Shown: positions 1-11,739, counted from the stretch's first letter. The stretch is DNA of 64,000 bases from an uncultured Actinomycetota bacterium (GCA_963724165.1 CAVRTL010000006.1:200466-264465), one strand, 5' to 3'. Made by a program: numbers and translations. The notes: generated by a model from the letters alone, not told the origin.

Positions 1-107
1 GGTCTCGGGCCAGCGCTGGTCCAGCAGGTGCTCGACCTGCCACAGGGACGCGATCTCGTCCGGGGTGGGTGGGGCGCCGTCGGGGCCTCCCCACTCGGCC
101 TGCTCGG

Positions 108-2771
108 TCATGAAAGCCCGGCCAGCCTCGCGGTGATCCGCTCGGCTTCCTCGCGGGCCACGCGCTGGCGGTCGCGGATCTTCTCGACGACGTTCTGCGG
201 GGCCTTGGCCAGGAAGTCGGCGTTGTCCAGTTTCGCGGCGGTCGAGGCCAGCTCCTTTTGCGCTGCGGCCAAATCTTTTTCGAGGCGGCGGCGCTCGGCG
301 TCGACGTCGATGGCGCCCGAGGTGTCGAGTTCGACGACGACGGTGCCGGCACCGAGCCGCACCTCCAGTGACGCCGACGGACTGAACTCCGGCCCCGGCG
401 TGGTCAACCAGGCCAGCGAGGAGGTCAGGGGGGTCACCTGTGCGCTCAGCTCGCCACCGCCGCGCAGGCGGGCCGACACCTTCTGCCGATCGGCCAGACC
501 TTGGTCGCTGCGGAACCTCCTGACCTCGGTCACCAACTTCTGCACATCGGTGATCCTTTGTGCGGCAACCGGATCCAAGCCAATACCGGACGGCTTCGGC
601 CACTCGGCGATCACCAGCGACTCGTTGCCCGTCAGCGCCTGCCACAGGGCCTCGGTGACGAACGGGATCACCGGGTGCAGCAGCCGCAGCAGCGTGTCGA
701 GCACCGCGGCCAGCACGGCGGTGGTGTGCGCCTCACTCTGGGCACCCTCGGCGAGTTGCACCTTCGCCACTTCCAGGTACCAGTCACAGAACTCGTCCCA
801 CGTGAAGTGGTACAGCGCCTCGCAGGCGCGGCCGAATTCGTAGTCGTCGAGGGCCGAATCGACCTCGCCGCGCACCTCTTCCAGCCGGCCCAGGATCCAG
901 CGGTCCTCGTGGGTCAGGTCGGCGAGGTCGGGCAGTGTCTTTTCGGGGCGCCGCATGGCCCCGTTGAGCAGCGCGAAGCGGGTGGCATTGAACAGCTTGG
1001 TGACGAAGTTGCGCGAGGCCCGGACGGCGTCCTCGCCGACGGCCAGGTCACCGCCGGGGCTGGCGCCGCGGGCCAGCGTGAAGCGCAGTGCGTCGGCCCC
1101 GAACATCTCGACCCAGTCCAGCGGGTCGATCACGTTGCCCTTCGACTTGCTCATCTTGCGGCCGGACTCGTCGCGGATCAGGCCGTGCAGAAACACGTCG
1201 GTGAACGGCACCTGCGGGCCGCGTCTGCCGCCGAGGGTGATCGCGTCGTCGCCGCCGACAAAGGTGCCGAACATCATCATCCGGGCCACCCAGAAGAACA
1301 GGATGTCGTAGCCGGTCACCAGAACACTTGTGGGATAGAACTTGTCCAGCTCCGGGGTGGTCTCGGGCCAGCCCAGCGTGGAGAACGGCCACAGCGCCGA
1401 CGAGAACCAGGTGTCGAGCACGTCGGGATCCTGCTCCCAACCCTCCGGGGGCGTCTCGTCCGGGCCCACGCACACCCGTTCGCCCCCCGGCCCGTACCAG
1501 ATCGGGATGCGATGCCCCCACCACAGCTGGCGCGAGATGCACCAGTCGTGCATGTCGTCGACCCAGGCGAACCAGCGCGGCTCCAGGCTGGCCGGGTGAA
1601 TCACCGTGTCGCCGTTGCGGACCGCGTCGCCGGCGGCCTTGGCCAGCGACTCCACCCGGACCCACCACTGCAGCGACAGCCGTGGCTCGATCGGTTCGCC
1701 GCTGCGCTCGGAGTGCCCCACGCTGTGCAGGTAAGGACGCTTCTCCGCGACGATCCGGCCCTGCTCCGCCAGGGCTTCCCGCACCGCCACGCGCGCCTCG
1801 AAGCGGTCCATGCCGTCGAAATACGTTCCGGTGTCGATGATCCGGCCCTTGGTGTCCAGGATCGGAATCATCGGCAACTGGTGGCGGAGCCCGATCTCGA
1901 AGTCGTTGGGGTCGTGCGCGGGCGTGACTTTGACGGCGCCGGTGCCGAATTCGGGGTCCACGTGCTCGTCGGCGACGACGAGGAGTTGCCGGTCCACGAA
2001 CGGGTGCGGCAGCCGCGTGCCGACCAGGTGGCGGTAGCGCTCGTCGTCGGGGTGGACCGCGATCGCGGTGTCGCCCAGCATTGTCTCGACCCGGGTGGTG
2101 GCGACCACGATGTGGGGCTGCGAGTCGTCCAGCGAGCCGTACCGGAACGACACCAGCTCGCCCTCGACGTCGAGATAGTTGACCTCGAGGTCCGAGATCG
2201 CCGTCTGCAGCACCGGCGACCAGTTCACCAGCCGCTCGGCCTGATAGATCAGCCCGGCGTCGTAGAGCCGTTTGAAGATGGTGCGCACCGCGCGCGACAG
2301 GCCCTCGTCCATGGTGAACCGGTCGCGGCTCCAGTCCACCCCGTCCCCGAGCCGGCGCATCTGACCGCCGATGGCGCCGCCGGACTCGCGCTTCCAGTCC
2401 CAGACCTTCTCGACGAAGCGCTCGCGGCCGTAGTCTTCCTTCGTCTTGCCGTCGGTCGCGAGCTGCTTTTCCACCACGCTCTGCGTCGCGATGCCCGCGT
2501 GGTCCATGCCCGGCTGCCACAAAACCTCATAGCCCTGCATGCGCTTGCGGCGGGTCAGCGCGTCCATCATGGTGTGTTCCAGCGCGTGGCCCATGTGCAG
2601 GCTGCCGGTCACGTTCGGCGGCGGCAGCACGATCGAATACCCGGGCTTGGTGCTGGCGGCGTCTGCCGCGAAGTAGCCGGCATCCAGCCAGCGCTGGTAG
2701 ATCACACCCTCCAGAGCACCGGGATCCCACGACTTGGGCAGGTCGGTGGCGGAGCTGCGGCTGGCGGTCAC
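108..2771 (-). CDS. valS: Valyl-tRNA synthetase
   Basis: 887 aa. Contains the class I HIGH-like motif (HMGH) and KMSKS, a [11 protein letters not shown]-terminus and a C-terminal coiled coil. Confidence 0.98.
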   Translation of the reverse strand: MTASRSSATDLPKSWDPGALEGVIYQRWLDAGYFAADAASTKPGYSIVLPPPNVTGSLHMGHALEHTMMDALTRRKRMQGYEVLWQPGMDHAGIATQSVVEKQLATDGKTKEDYGRERFVEKVWDWKRESGGAIGGQMRRLGDGVDWSRDRFTMDEGLSRAVRTIFKRLYDAGLIYQAERLVNWSPVLQTAISDLEVNYLDVEGELVSFRYGSLDDSQPHIVVATTRVETMLGDTAIAVHPDDERYRHLVGTRLPHPFVDRQLLVVADEHVDPEFGTGAVKVTPAHDPNDFEIGLRHQLPMIPILDTKGRIIDTGTYFDGMDRFEARVAVREALAEQGRIVAEKRPYLHSVGHSERSGEPIEPRLSLQWWVRVESLAKAAGDAVRNGDTVIHPASLEPRWFAWVDDMHDWCISRQLWWGHRIPIWYGPGGERVCVGPDETPPEGWEQDPDVLDTWFSSALWPFSTLGWPETTPELDKFYPTSVLVTGYDILFFWVARMMMFGTFVGGDDAITLGGRRGPQVPFTDVFLHGLIRDESGRKMSKSKGNVIDPLDWVEMFGADALRFTLARGASPGGDLAVGEDAVRASRNFVTKLFNATRFALLNGAMRRPEKTLPDLADLTHEDRWILGRLEEVRGEVDSALDDYEFGRACEALYHFTWDEFCDWYLEVAKVQLAEGAQSEAHTTAVLAAVLDTLLRLLHPVIPFVTEALWQALTGNESLVIAEWPKPSGIGLDPVAAQRITDVQKLVTEVRRFRSDQGLADRQKVSARLRGGGELSAQVTPLTSSLAWLTTPGPEFSPSASLEVRLGAGTVVVELDTSGAIDVDAERRRLEKDLAAAQKELASTAAKLDNADFLAKAPQNVVEKIRDRQRVAREEAERITARLAGLS

Positions 2772-2777
2772 CCGTCA

Positions 2778-2783
2778 ATTCTA
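2778..2783 (-). promoter_or_regulatory. SigA-type -10 (TAGAAT), leaderless valS transcript
   Basis: TANNNT hexamer 6 nt before the GTG, with no SD sequence. Confidence 0.7.
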
Positions 2784-2805
2784 GGAAGCGCCGCGCGCTC
2801 AACGA

Positions 2806-3363
2806 TCAAGGGATGGTGAGCACCTGCCCGGGGTGGATCAGGTCGGGGTTGGGGATGCCGTTGGCCTCGGCGATCGCCTGGTCCTTGCTGCCGTCGCCGT
2901 AGAAGCGGTCGGCGATGGCCGCCAGGGTGTCACCGTGGATGACCGTGTACGTGCGTTCGGCCGTCCCCGCGGAGTCCGGCTCGGAGCCGGTGGCGTTCGT
3001 CACATCGCCGGCCTCCGGCGGCGGGGAACCGGCGGCCTGCGTGTGGCTGGCCCACACCGGCCCGTCGTCGGCGTAGAGCACCAGGTTGCCGTCGTCCTGC
3101 AGCACGAGCCTGGGGTTGCCGCCGCCCGTGGCGTCGGCCTGCCAGACCGGTTCGTCGGGCGTGTACAGAACGAAGTCGCCGTCGCGCTGCACTTCGGCGC
3201 GCACCACGTCGCGGCCGGCGGTCGCCGTGGTCCACAGCGCCCGCCCGCGCCCCGCCAGCACCAGGTTGCCGTCGTCCTGCAACGTCAGGGTGTAGGCCCC
3301 GTTGTCGGAGGTGAGCGAGTCGCCCCGCTCGAGTCGCTGCCCTTCAAAAAGCGTGTCTGACAT
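2806..3363 (-). CDS. Bulb-type (B-) lectin domain plus C-terminal LysM protein
   Basis: Start reassigned to MSDTL (ATG 3363, GAGAGG SD). Two QDDGNLV(L/Y) motifs plus QRDGDFVLY. C-terminal YTVIHGDTLAAIA...NGIPNPDLIHPGQVLTIP is LysM. Confidence 0.9.
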   Translation of the reverse strand: MSDTLFEGQRLERGDSLTSDNGAYTLTLQDDGNLVLAGRGRALWTTATAGRDVVRAEVQRDGDFVLYTPDEPVWQADATGGGNPRLVLQDDGNLVLYADDGPVWASHTQAAGSPPPEAGDVTNATGSEPDSAGTAERTYTVIHGDTLAAIADRFYGDGSKDQAIAEANGIPNPDLIHPGQVLTIP

Positions 3364-3488
3364 GGCTTTACCTCTCGTCGCCCGCGCGTTGTCGCCTCGT
3401 CGTGGCCCGACGGAGTAGGCGTACCTCCCCCGGCGCGATTGAAACTGGGGGAAGCGTGCAGAGGTGAAAGCCGTTGCGGCGAAATGCT

Positions 3489-4742
3489 CTACAGGCGATC
3501 GGTGCGCAGCGACACGCCGGCGGCCGGGAACCGCGCCAGCAGCGCCTCCCCCATCGCCGCCGCGGGTGTCAGGACGCCGCGCAGCTCGGAAAGCTTGTCG
3601 CGGTCGGTGGCCAGGGCCAGGCCGCACTCCCCCAGCAGCACCGACGTCGCCTTGTAGCCGGGATCGCCCCGCTGTTCCATGCGCGCCACGTAGCGGGCAC
3701 CGGTGCTCGTGGTGGTGTAGGTCTCGATGCGGTAGAAACCCCGCTCGCGCGCGGCCGCGCTGGGGCCGGTGCCGGGCTTGGGCACGATGCGCTCCAGCAG
3801 CCGGCGCGGCAGCAGCCGGAAGTAGCGGCTGCCCAGACCGAACGTGGCGCCGGCGATCCCGGTGACGGCGGCGGACGCCAGGGGGGCGACCGGCGACGAC
3901 CCCACGCTCATGGTCTCGCTGTAGCGGAACCGGTGGCCGTAGGCCCAGTCCAGCAGCGCGTTGCTGCGGCGCACGATCCGCGTGTTGTAGGGCGCCATGA
4001 CGAACCCGGCCGTCCACAGCCCGCTCAGCTCTGGCGCGATCTGGCGGCCCCGTCGCCAGGGCAGGTCGGGCTGGGGGCCGAGGTCGGGCTCGGCGTGGCG
4101 GTCGGGGCTCAGCGTGTAGGGGTCGGCGAGCTGGCGACGCGCGTCGGGGTCGTGGGAGGCGGTGTTGAGGACTTCCATCATCGACGCGATGGTGCCGCCG
4201 GAGAAACCCCCGGAGAAGGACTTCACCACCAGGTCGGTGTCGGTGAGCTCACCGGCGTCCGCCTCTTCGGCCGCGCGGTGGAGCGCATACACGCTCAGGT
4301 CCGACGGAACGGAATCGAAGCCGCAGGCGTGCACGATGCGGGCGCCGGTGTCGGCGGCCTGCTTGTGGTAGCCGTCGATGCTGTCGCGGACGAACATCGC
4401 CTCACCGGTCAGGTCGGCGTAGTCGGTGCCCGCCGCGGCGCAGGCGGCCACCAGCGGCAGCCCGTAGCGGGTGTAGGGCCCGACAGTGGTGATCACGACC
4501 TGCGTGCGCGCGGCCATCTCGTCGAGCGTCGACGGCGACGAGGCGTCGGCGACCACCACCGGCCAGGATTGCGCGGCCTCGCCAAGGGTGTCGCGAACGG
4601 CGCGCAGGCGTTCGGCCGACCTGCCGGCGAGCGCGATGCGCGCGTGCGCGCCCGCCCGCGCCAGGTATTCGGCGGTCAGCTTCCCCACGAAACCCGTCGC
4701 CCCGTAGACGACGATGTCGAATTCGCGCGGCGTTGCGGTCAC
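3489..4742 (-). CDS. Saccharopine dehydrogenase-like / trans-acting enoyl reductase (Rv2449c-like)
   Basis: GATGFVG Rossmann motif, VGPY..YG, DLTGE and CGFDSVPSD. TAGCGT -10 at 4751-4756 suggests a leaderless transcript. Confidence 0.9.
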   Translation of the reverse strand: MTATPREFDIVVYGATGFVGKLTAEYLARAGAHARIALAGRSAERLRAVRDTLGEAAQSWPVVVADASSPSTLDEMAARTQVVITTVGPYTRYGLPLVAACAAAGTDYADLTGEAMFVRDSIDGYHKQAADTGARIVHACGFDSVPSDLSVYALHRAAEEADAGELTDTDLVVKSFSGGFSGGTIASMMEVLNTASHDPDARRQLADPYTLSPDRHAEPDLGPQPDLPWRRGRQIAPELSGLWTAGFVMAPYNTRIVRRSNALLDWAYGHRFRYSETMSVGSSPVAPLASAAVTGIAGATFGLGSRYFRLLPRRLLERIVPKPGTGPSAAARERGFYRIETYTTTSTGARYVARMEQRGDPGYKATSVLLGECGLALATDRDKLSELRGVLTPAAAMGEALLARFPAAGVSLRTDRL

Positions 4743-4764
4743 GGGTCCCGACGCTACCCGCTAA

Positions 4765-4800
4765 TGAGTAATGCCGGGCCCGCAGGCCCGGCATTACTCA
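4765..4800. terminator. Perfect 16-bp hairpin downstream of rpfE
   Basis: TGAGTAATGCCGGGCC-cgca-GGCCCGGCATTACTCA, about 20 nt after the rpfE stop. Confidence 0.8.
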
Positions 4801-4820
4801 CCGCATGCGTGCGACGGGCG

Positions 4821-5528
<708 letters not shown>

Positions 5529-5778
5529 CTACTGTCCGCCGGACGGGGGTCGGCTGGCGCCGTCCCCACCCCCCGCTCACACGCGGGGCCGTGGATTCAA
5601 TTGTGTTTGCCCGTCGCGGGCCACCTGGGACGGTACGAGAATCGGGAATGTTTTTCATCCGCAGAAAACGGATATCTCGTTCCTATAACGAACCCATCAC
5701 GGAGCGGGCCGTCAAATATCTTTGCAGGTCAACTGTAGGATTTGCGCCCGGGCCATCGCGCGCCCACCGCGCGGCAAC

Positions 5779-5794
5779 AGTGAGCCGAATCACG
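5779..5794. promoter_or_regulatory. Candidate CRP (Rv3676-type) site
   Basis: AGTGA-gccgaa-TCACG matches TGTGA-N6-TCACA with 2 mismatches, upstream of rpfE. Confidence 0.4.
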
Positions 5795-6398
5795 CTCAAA
5801 TTGTGAGCCAGGACACGCCCATCTGGTGTTTGGCGTCTACGTCGACGCCCCATACCAGCCGGGCCCCGAGGGTCGCAAGGCGACACTCCGCAACGCAGAT
5901 TCAAAGCTGCTGTTGGATATCGGTTTTCATAGCCGCGTATTGCTCACGCCAAGAACAACTTACGCATTGCAAGATCGAGTTAGTCATGTGTGCAACCTGT
6001 TTCGTCACGCGTGCGGCCAATCGCAGACGGTCACTGGGCGACCCGCGTCGCTGGGCGGGGGAGAGCCACCGCACGCCGGCCCGGAGGGCTGCGGCGGACC
6101 GTCGTTTTGCCGCGAATCCCGCGCCGCCGTCCACGCCGTGACCCGATACCGGCGGCCACCGACCCCATGCTTGATGACCCCAAATCGACGCTGCGGCAAC
6201 GCACTACACCGGTGCCGATAATCCCGCACGCCATATGTCGCTTCGATAAATTTCCGGAAATGAAGAAATTTGGCAGAGACGGCAAGAATTGCCGAAAAAT
6301 TATTAGATGGAATTAGCCAATGGCCGAATAGCGCATCAAACTGGTTAACGGCGATCACGGGGCCGCGCCACGACGGGCGCGGTGCGGCGGGAAGGCGG

Positions 6399-6995
6399 CT
6401 ACGCCAGCGCGCGCAGGTCGGCTTCGCTGTTGACGTTGGTCAGCGCGCGCGAATCGGGCAACACGATCCGCTGCGTGTCCGAAACGTCGACCAGGGCGCG
6501 CATCTTGCGCTCGCCGGCGGCCACCAGCGCGCCGGCCCGCTCGGCCAGGTCCGTCCGGTACACCGCGGCCAGGTAGTGGTCCCGCCCGTCCCAGGGCAGC
6601 ACCACTTCGGCGTTGGTCTCGTTGGCGCGGCCGACGAGATCGTCGATGACGTCGGCGGCCAGTAGCGGCATGTCGACGGCGCAGACGAAGGCCAGCCGGG
6701 CACCCGCCTCCGCGGCCGCGCGCAACCCGCGGGCGGTCGCCGGCAGGGGCCCCAGACCCCGTAGCTCGTCGCGCACGATGCGCGCCGGCAGCGCGGGCAG
6801 CGGTTGGCCTTGGGCGGCCATGACGAAAACCGGGTCGCAGCGCTGTGCGACGACGTCCACCACGCGCTCGATCATCGTGCGGGCGCCGGAGTCGCCCCCC
6901 GGCCCGGGGATGGTCAGGTTGGCCTTGTCGCGGCCCATGCGCTGCGATGCCCCACCGGCAAGTACCACCCCGGCCAGTGACACTGCGTCCGGCAC
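6399..6995 (-). CDS. mobA: Molybdenum cofactor guanylyltransferase
   Basis: [20 protein letters not shown] and NVN motifs. Syntenic with Rv2453c. Confidence 0.93.
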   Translation of the reverse strand: MPDAVSLAGVVLAGGASQRMGRDKANLTIPGPGGDSGARTMIERVVDVVAQRCDPVFVMAAQGQPLPALPARIVRDELRGLGPLPATARGLRAAAEAGARLAFVCAVDMPLLAADVIDDLVGRANETNAEVVLPWDGRDHYLAAVYRTDLAERAGALVAAGERKMRALVDVSDTQRIVLPDSRALTNVNSEADLRALA

Positions 6996-7009
6996 TCGCG
7001 TCGCTCCCT

Positions 7010-8101
7010 TCAGTCCACGGTCCAGGTGTCGCGCCCACGCAGCAGCGACTGCAGCGCGACACGGTCGAACGGGGTCGAATCCTGGGCGGCGCGGACCTGG
7101 GAGCGGGCCGCATCGTCGTAGGTGGGGCGGCTGACATCGCGGAAGATGCCCAGCACGGTGTGGTCGAGGTTCTGGTCGGACAGCCGCGACAGCGCGAAGG
7201 CATAGGCGGAGTCGTCGGAGTGGGCGTCGTGCACGACGATCTCATCGGCGGCCACGTCGGCGGTCTTGGCGACGTCGAGCCCGAAACCCGACTTCACCGC
7301 GCAGTATTCGCCGTTGGCGCCAAACACGATCGGCTCGCCGTGGCGGACGTTGATGACCCGCTCCTCGGCGCCCTCCTTGCGCAGCGCGTCGAACGAGCCG
7401 TCGTTGAAGATCGGGCAGTCCTGCAGGATCTCGACCACGGCGGCACCGCGGTGCTCGGCGGCGGCGCGCAGCACCTCGGTCAGGCCGTTGCGGTCGGAGT
7501 CCAGCGCCCGGCCGACGAAGGTCGCCTCGGCGCCCAGCGCCAACGACACCGGGTTGAACGGCTGGTCCAGCGACCCCATCGGCGTCGACTTGGTGATCTT
7601 GCCGACCTCAGAGGTGGGCGAGTACTGGCCCTTGGTCAGCCCGTAGATCCGGTTGTTGAACAGCAGGATCGTGATGTTGACGTTGCGGCGCAACGCGTGG
7701 ATCAGGTGGTTCCCGCCGATCGAGAGCGCATCGCCGTCGCCGGTGACCACCCACACCGACAGGTCCTCGCGCGCCAGGGCCAGACCGGTCGCGATGGCCG
7801 GGGCACGGCCGTGGATCGAGTGGAAGCCGTAGGTCTCCAGGTAATAGGGGAAGCGGCTCGAGCAGCCGATGCCGCTGATGAACACGATGTTCTCGCGACG
7901 CAGACCCAGATCGGGCAGGAAGTTGCGGATGGTGTTGAGGATGACGTAGTCACCACAGCCCGGGCACCAGCGGACCTCCTGGTCGCTGGTGTAGTCCTTG
8001 GCCTTTTGTGGCTGATCCGTGGTGGGCACGTGTGTGTTCTTGGTCGGCCTCGGGGTCACCCCGAGGTCCGTGCCCACCAGGTTGTCGATCACGTCAGTCA
8101 C
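7010..8101 (-). CDS. korB: 2-oxoglutarate:ferredoxin oxidoreductase beta subunit
   Basis: [19 protein letters not shown] and the TPP motif GDGD...NN..YGLTKGQ. Confidence 0.95.
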   Translation of the reverse strand: MTDVIDNLVGTDLGVTPRPTKNTHVPTTDQPQKAKDYTSDQEVRWCPGCGDYVILNTIRNFLPDLGLRRENIVFISGIGCSSRFPYYLETYGFHSIHGRAPAIATGLALAREDLSVWVVTGDGDALSIGGNHLIHALRRNVNITILLFNNRIYGLTKGQYSPTSEVGKITKSTPMGSLDQPFNPVSLALGAEATFVGRALDSDRNGLTEVLRAAAEHRGAAVVEILQDCPIFNDGSFDALRKEGAEERVINVRHGEPIVFGANGEYCAVKSGFGLDVAKTADVAADEIVVHDAHSDDSAYAFALSRLSDQNLDHTVLGIFRDVSRPTYDDAARSQVRAAQDSTPFDRVALQSLLRGRDTWTVD

Positions 8102-8261
8102 GAGCGCTGCTCCTCCTCATCGCTTCGCTCTGCATCGTCGCTGCGCGTGTCACGAGCGCCAATGCTCCTCCTCATCGCTTCGCTCTGCATCGTCGCTGCG
8201 CGTGTCACGAGCGCCAATGCTCCTCCTCATCGCTTCGCTCTGCATCGTCGCTGCACGCATG
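8098..8261 (-). repeat. Three tandem MIRU-type units (52/55/57 bp) between korA and korB
   Basis: TCCTCCTCATCGCTTCGCTCTGCATCGTCGCTGC at 8111, 8166 and 8221. The minus strand reads GCGACGATGCAGAGCGAAGCGATGAGGAGGAGC, the MIRU core. Confidence 0.93.
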
Positions 8262-10217
8262 TCACGCACCCGCTCCAACCGTTGCTGCCGCCATTCTGGC
8301 GACCATCGTCTTGTCCTGCTCGATTTCGGCCAATGTTCCGCCCAGCGCGGCGTTGATGAGTCGACTCACCTCGTCGGCCAGGAACGCGACGCCCTGAACC
8401 TTGGTAACCGATTGCACGTCGACCAGGTACTTGCCGCGCAGCACCAGCGCCAGCTGACCCAGGTTCATCTCCGGCGCCACGACCTGCGGATAGCGCCGCA
8501 GCACGTCACCGAGGTTGGCCGGGAAGGGGCTGAGATAGCGCAGGTGCGCGTGCGCGACCTTGGTGCCCCTGCGCCGCGCCCGCCGGCAGGCTTCACCGAT
8601 CGGCCCATAGGAGCTGCCCCACCCGATCAGCAGCAGCTCGGCGTCTCCTGTCGGATCGTCGACCTCCAGGTCAGGCACGGAAATGCCGTCGATCTTGGCC
8701 TGGCGCAGCCGGACCATCAGGTCGTGGTTGACCGGCTCGTAGGAGATGTTGCCCGAACCGTTCGCCGCCTCCAGGCCGCCGATGCGGTGCTCGAGACCGG
8801 GCGTGCCCGGAACGGCGAACTGGCGGGCGAGCGTCTCCGGGTCGCGGGCGTAGGGCTGGAAGGGCTCGTCCGCCTTCGCGTAGGCGTGCGTGATCGGCGG
8901 CAGCGCGTCGACGTCGGGGATCCGCCAGGGCTCCGAACCGTTGGCGATCGCGCCATCGGACAACACGATCACCGGCGTGTGGTAGGAGACCGCGATGCGC
9001 ACCGCCTCGAGCGCGGTCTGGAAGCAGTCGGACGGCGTGCACGGCGCCAGCACGGCCACCGGCGATTCCCCGTTGCGGCCGTACAGCGCCTGCAGCAGGT
9101 CGGCCTGCTCGGTCTTGGTGGGCAGCCCGGTGGAGGGGCCGCCGCGCTGCACGTCGATGACGATCAACGGCAGTTCGGTCATCACGGCAAGGCCGAGCGC
9201 TTCCGACTTCAGCGAGATGCCCGGCCCCGAGGTGCTGGTCACCCCGAGCGCGCCACCGTAGGCGGCGCCGATCGCCGCGCAGATGCCGCCGATCTCGTCT
9301 TCGGCCTGGAAGGTGATGACGTCGAAGTTCTTGTGCTTGGACAGCTCGTGCAGGATGTCCGACGCGGGCGTGATCGGATAGCTGCCGAGCACGACGGGAA
9401 TGTCGGCCATCCGTCCCGCGGTGACGATGCCGTAGGCCAGCGCGGTGTTGCCCGAGATCTGCCGGTATTCACCGGCCGGCAGGTTCGCCCGTGGCACCTC
9501 GTAGCTGGTGCCGAACGCCTCGGTCGTCTCACCGTAGTTCCAGCCCGCCTTCAGGGCGAGCACGTTGGCCTCGGCGACGTCGGGCTTGCGGACGAACTTC
9601 TCCCGGATGAAGTTCTCGCTGGTCTGGATCGGCCGCCCGTACATCCACGACAGAAGGCCAAGGGCGAACATGTTTTTGGCGCGCTGGCCGTCCTTCTTGG
9701 AGGCGCCGATCGTCTCGACCGCACCGAGAGTCAGCGTGGTCATGGCGACCTGGTGCACCACGTACTCGGACAGCTCGCCGGACTCCAGTGGGTTGGTGAC
9801 GTAGCCGACCTTGGTCAGGTTGCGTTTGGTGAACTCGTCGGTGTTGACGATCACCATGCCGCCGCGCGGCAGGTCGCCGATGTTGGCCTTGAGCGCCGCC
9901 GGGTTCATCGCGACGAGGACGTCGGGCCGGTCGCCGGCGGTCAGGATGTCATGATCGGCGATCTGGATCTGGAAGGACGAGACCCCGGGCAGGGTGCCTG
10001 CCGGGGCCCGGATCTCGGCGGGGTAGTTCGGCTGGGTCGCCAGGTCGTTGCCGAAAAGCGCGGCCTCGGAGGTGAATCGGTCACCGGTCAGCTGCATGCC
10101 GTCGCCGGAGTCCCCGGCGAACCGGATCACTACTTGTTCTAGACGCTGGCGGTCGGTCCCGACGTGCGACGCCCCGCTATGAGAATCTGATCCGGCTCCG
10201 CTGCCGTTCGGATCCAC
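8262..10217 (-). CDS. korA: 2-oxoglutarate:ferredoxin oxidoreductase alpha subunit
   Basis: FAGDSGDGMQL, YPITPASD, EDEI and DVQRGGPSTG motifs. GTG start (MDPNG) follows GGGAGG. Confidence 0.95.
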   Translation of the reverse strand: MDPNGSGAGSDSHSGASHVGTDRQRLEQVVIRFAGDSGDGMQLTGDRFTSEAALFGNDLATQPNYPAEIRAPAGTLPGVSSFQIQIADHDILTAGDRPDVLVAMNPAALKANIGDLPRGGMVIVNTDEFTKRNLTKVGYVTNPLESGELSEYVVHQVAMTTLTLGAVETIGASKKDGQRAKNMFALGLLSWMYGRPIQTSENFIREKFVRKPDVAEANVLALKAGWNYGETTEAFGTSYEVPRANLPAGEYRQISGNTALAYGIVTAGRMADIPVVLGSYPITPASDILHELSKHKNFDVITFQAEDEIGGICAAIGAAYGGALGVTSTSGPGISLKSEALGLAVMTELPLIVIDVQRGGPSTGLPTKTEQADLLQALYGRNGESPVAVLAPCTPSDCFQTALEAVRIAVSYHTPVIVLSDGAIANGSEPWRIPDVDALPPITHAYAKADEPFQPYARDPETLARQFAVPGTPGLEHRIGGLEAANGSGNISYEPVNHDLMVRLRQAKIDGISVPDLEVDDPTGDAELLLIGWGSSYGPIGEACRRARRRGTKVAHAHLRYLSPFPANLGDVLRRYPQVVAPEMNLGQLALVLRGKYLVDVQSVTKVQGVAFLADEVSRLINAALGGTLAEIEQDKTMVARMAAATVGAGA

Positions 10218-10449
10218 GTCTCCGCCTCCCATTTGTTAACCGGACAGGCACTCCGCCGCAGCATCAGATTACGCGCAGTCGGAGCAATTACCGCGCCCAC
10301 GCTCATTTATGTCACTCGTAGTACCAATTATGGCACTGCATTTCGCGCCACATGGCCGTCTTGGGCGCCTGCCACGCGGCAGCTTTTCGACGAAAACCGG
10401 TAGTCAGCGGGGGGATCGCGGCGCGGCCGGCACAAAACTGTGGCATTGG

Positions 10450-11739
10450 TCACGTCGGCCCGCTAAGGGGCCGCCGCCCCGTCTCGGATAGCGAGTTCCC
10501 GGCGCCCGATTCGCCACCTTTATCCATGGATGCGGTTTCGGGCATCGCGACCAGATACAACACGAAGCCCGCCGCAGCGAGGGTCCCCAGCGAAACGAAG
10601 GCGGCGTCGTAACCCACCGCGACCACGATCGAGCCCGCGGCGAGGTTGGACACCGACGCCCCGATCCCCGTCGCGGCCGTGACCGCCCCCAGGCTGACGT
10701 TGAACCGGCCGCTGCCGTGGGTGACGTCCTGGACGACGAGCGGAAACAGCGCGCCGAACACCCCGGCGCCCACCCCGTCCAGCAACTGCACGCCGACCAG
10801 CCAATAGGAGCTGTCCGACACGGTGTAGAGGAAGCCGCGGGCGGCCAGCACCGCGAACCCGAGCAGGAAGATCGGCTTGCGCCCCCACGAATCGGCCTTG
10901 GCCCCTGCGAGATAGGCCACCGGCACCATGACGACCTGGGCGGCGACGATGCAGGCCGCCATCAGGGCGGTCCCGACGTCCCGGTTTTGCAACGCCAGCA
11001 ACTGGCCGACCAACGGCAGCATGGCCGCATTGGCGAAGTGGAACGCGACGACCGTCGCGGCGAAGGTCATCAGCCTCCGGTTGTGGAGCAACACCGTCAC
11101 CCGCGACGGCTGCGGGTGCGGCGCGCCGCGCGCGTGGTCCATGCCGCGGGCGACGTCGTGGTCGATCAAGTCGCCGGGAATCCGCAGGGTCGCGACCACG
11201 CTGCCCACCGCCATGGCCGCGAGCACCCAGAACGCCGCGGCCGGGCCGAAGAAGTAGGCCAGCCCCCCGGTGATGGCGGCGGCCGACGCGTTCCCCGCGT
11301 GGTTGAACGATTCGTTGCGTCCGATGCGCCGCGAGAACAGGCGCGGACCGACGGCGCCGAGGGTGACCGCGGCCAGCGCCGGCGCGATGACCGATCCGGC
11401 GATACCGGTGACCGCCTGCAGAGCCGAGATCGTGTAGAGGCTGGGGAACACCGGTATCGCCAGGGATCCGGCGGTGATGGCCAGCGCGCCGCCGACGAGC
11501 AGCGCCCGTTTGGCCGTCGTCCTGTCCACCCATGCGCCGGCGGGAGCCTGCGCGACGATCGCGGCGACGCCGCCGACCGCCATCACGAACCCGATCGAAG
11601 CCTGGTCCCAGTTGCGCGTCAGCAGCAAATAGATCGACAGGTACGGCCCGAGCCCATCGCGGACATCTGCCAGCAGGAAGTTCAGTAGGTCGAGCGCACG
11701 AGCCAGCGGGCGTGGGACTGCCTCAGCGCCGGCGGGCAC
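10450..11739 (-). CDS. MFS transporter (Rv2456c-like)
   Basis: About 12 hydrophobic segments with GAWVDRTTAKR and ADSWGRK loop motifs. Synteny supports the call. Confidence 0.88.
   Translation of the reverse strand: MPAGAEAVPRPLARALDLLNFLLADVRDGLGPYLSIYLLLTRNWDQASIGFVMAVGGVAAIVAQAPAGAWVDRTTAKRALLVGGALAITAGSLAIPVFPSLYTISALQAVTGIAGSVIAPALAAVTLGAVGPRLFSRRIGRNESFNHAGNASAAAITGGLAYFFGPAAAFWVLAAMAVGSVVATLRIPGDLIDHDVARGMDHARGAPHPQPSRVTVLLHNRRLMTFAATVVAFHFANAAMLPLVGQLLALQNRDVGTALMAACIVAAQVVMVPVAYLAGAKADSWGRKPIFLLGFAVLAARGFLYTVSDSSYWLVGVQLLDGVGAGVFGALFPLVVQDVTHGSGRFNVSLGAVTAATGIGASVSNLAAGSIVVAVGYDAAFVSLGTLAAAGFVLYLVAMPETASMDKGGESGAGNSLSETGRRPLSGPT

Noticed and set aside
2772-2805. T-box control of valS
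   Set aside because: Only 34 bp of intergenic DNA, with a leaderless promoter configuration.
5683-6358. Small ORFs in the rpfE-mobA gap as Rv2451/Rv2452c orthologs
   Set aside because: No recognisable similarity, SD or codon bias.
8098-8261. Possible CRISPR array
   Set aside because: Units are contiguous with no unique spacers, match the MIRU core, and no cas genes are present.
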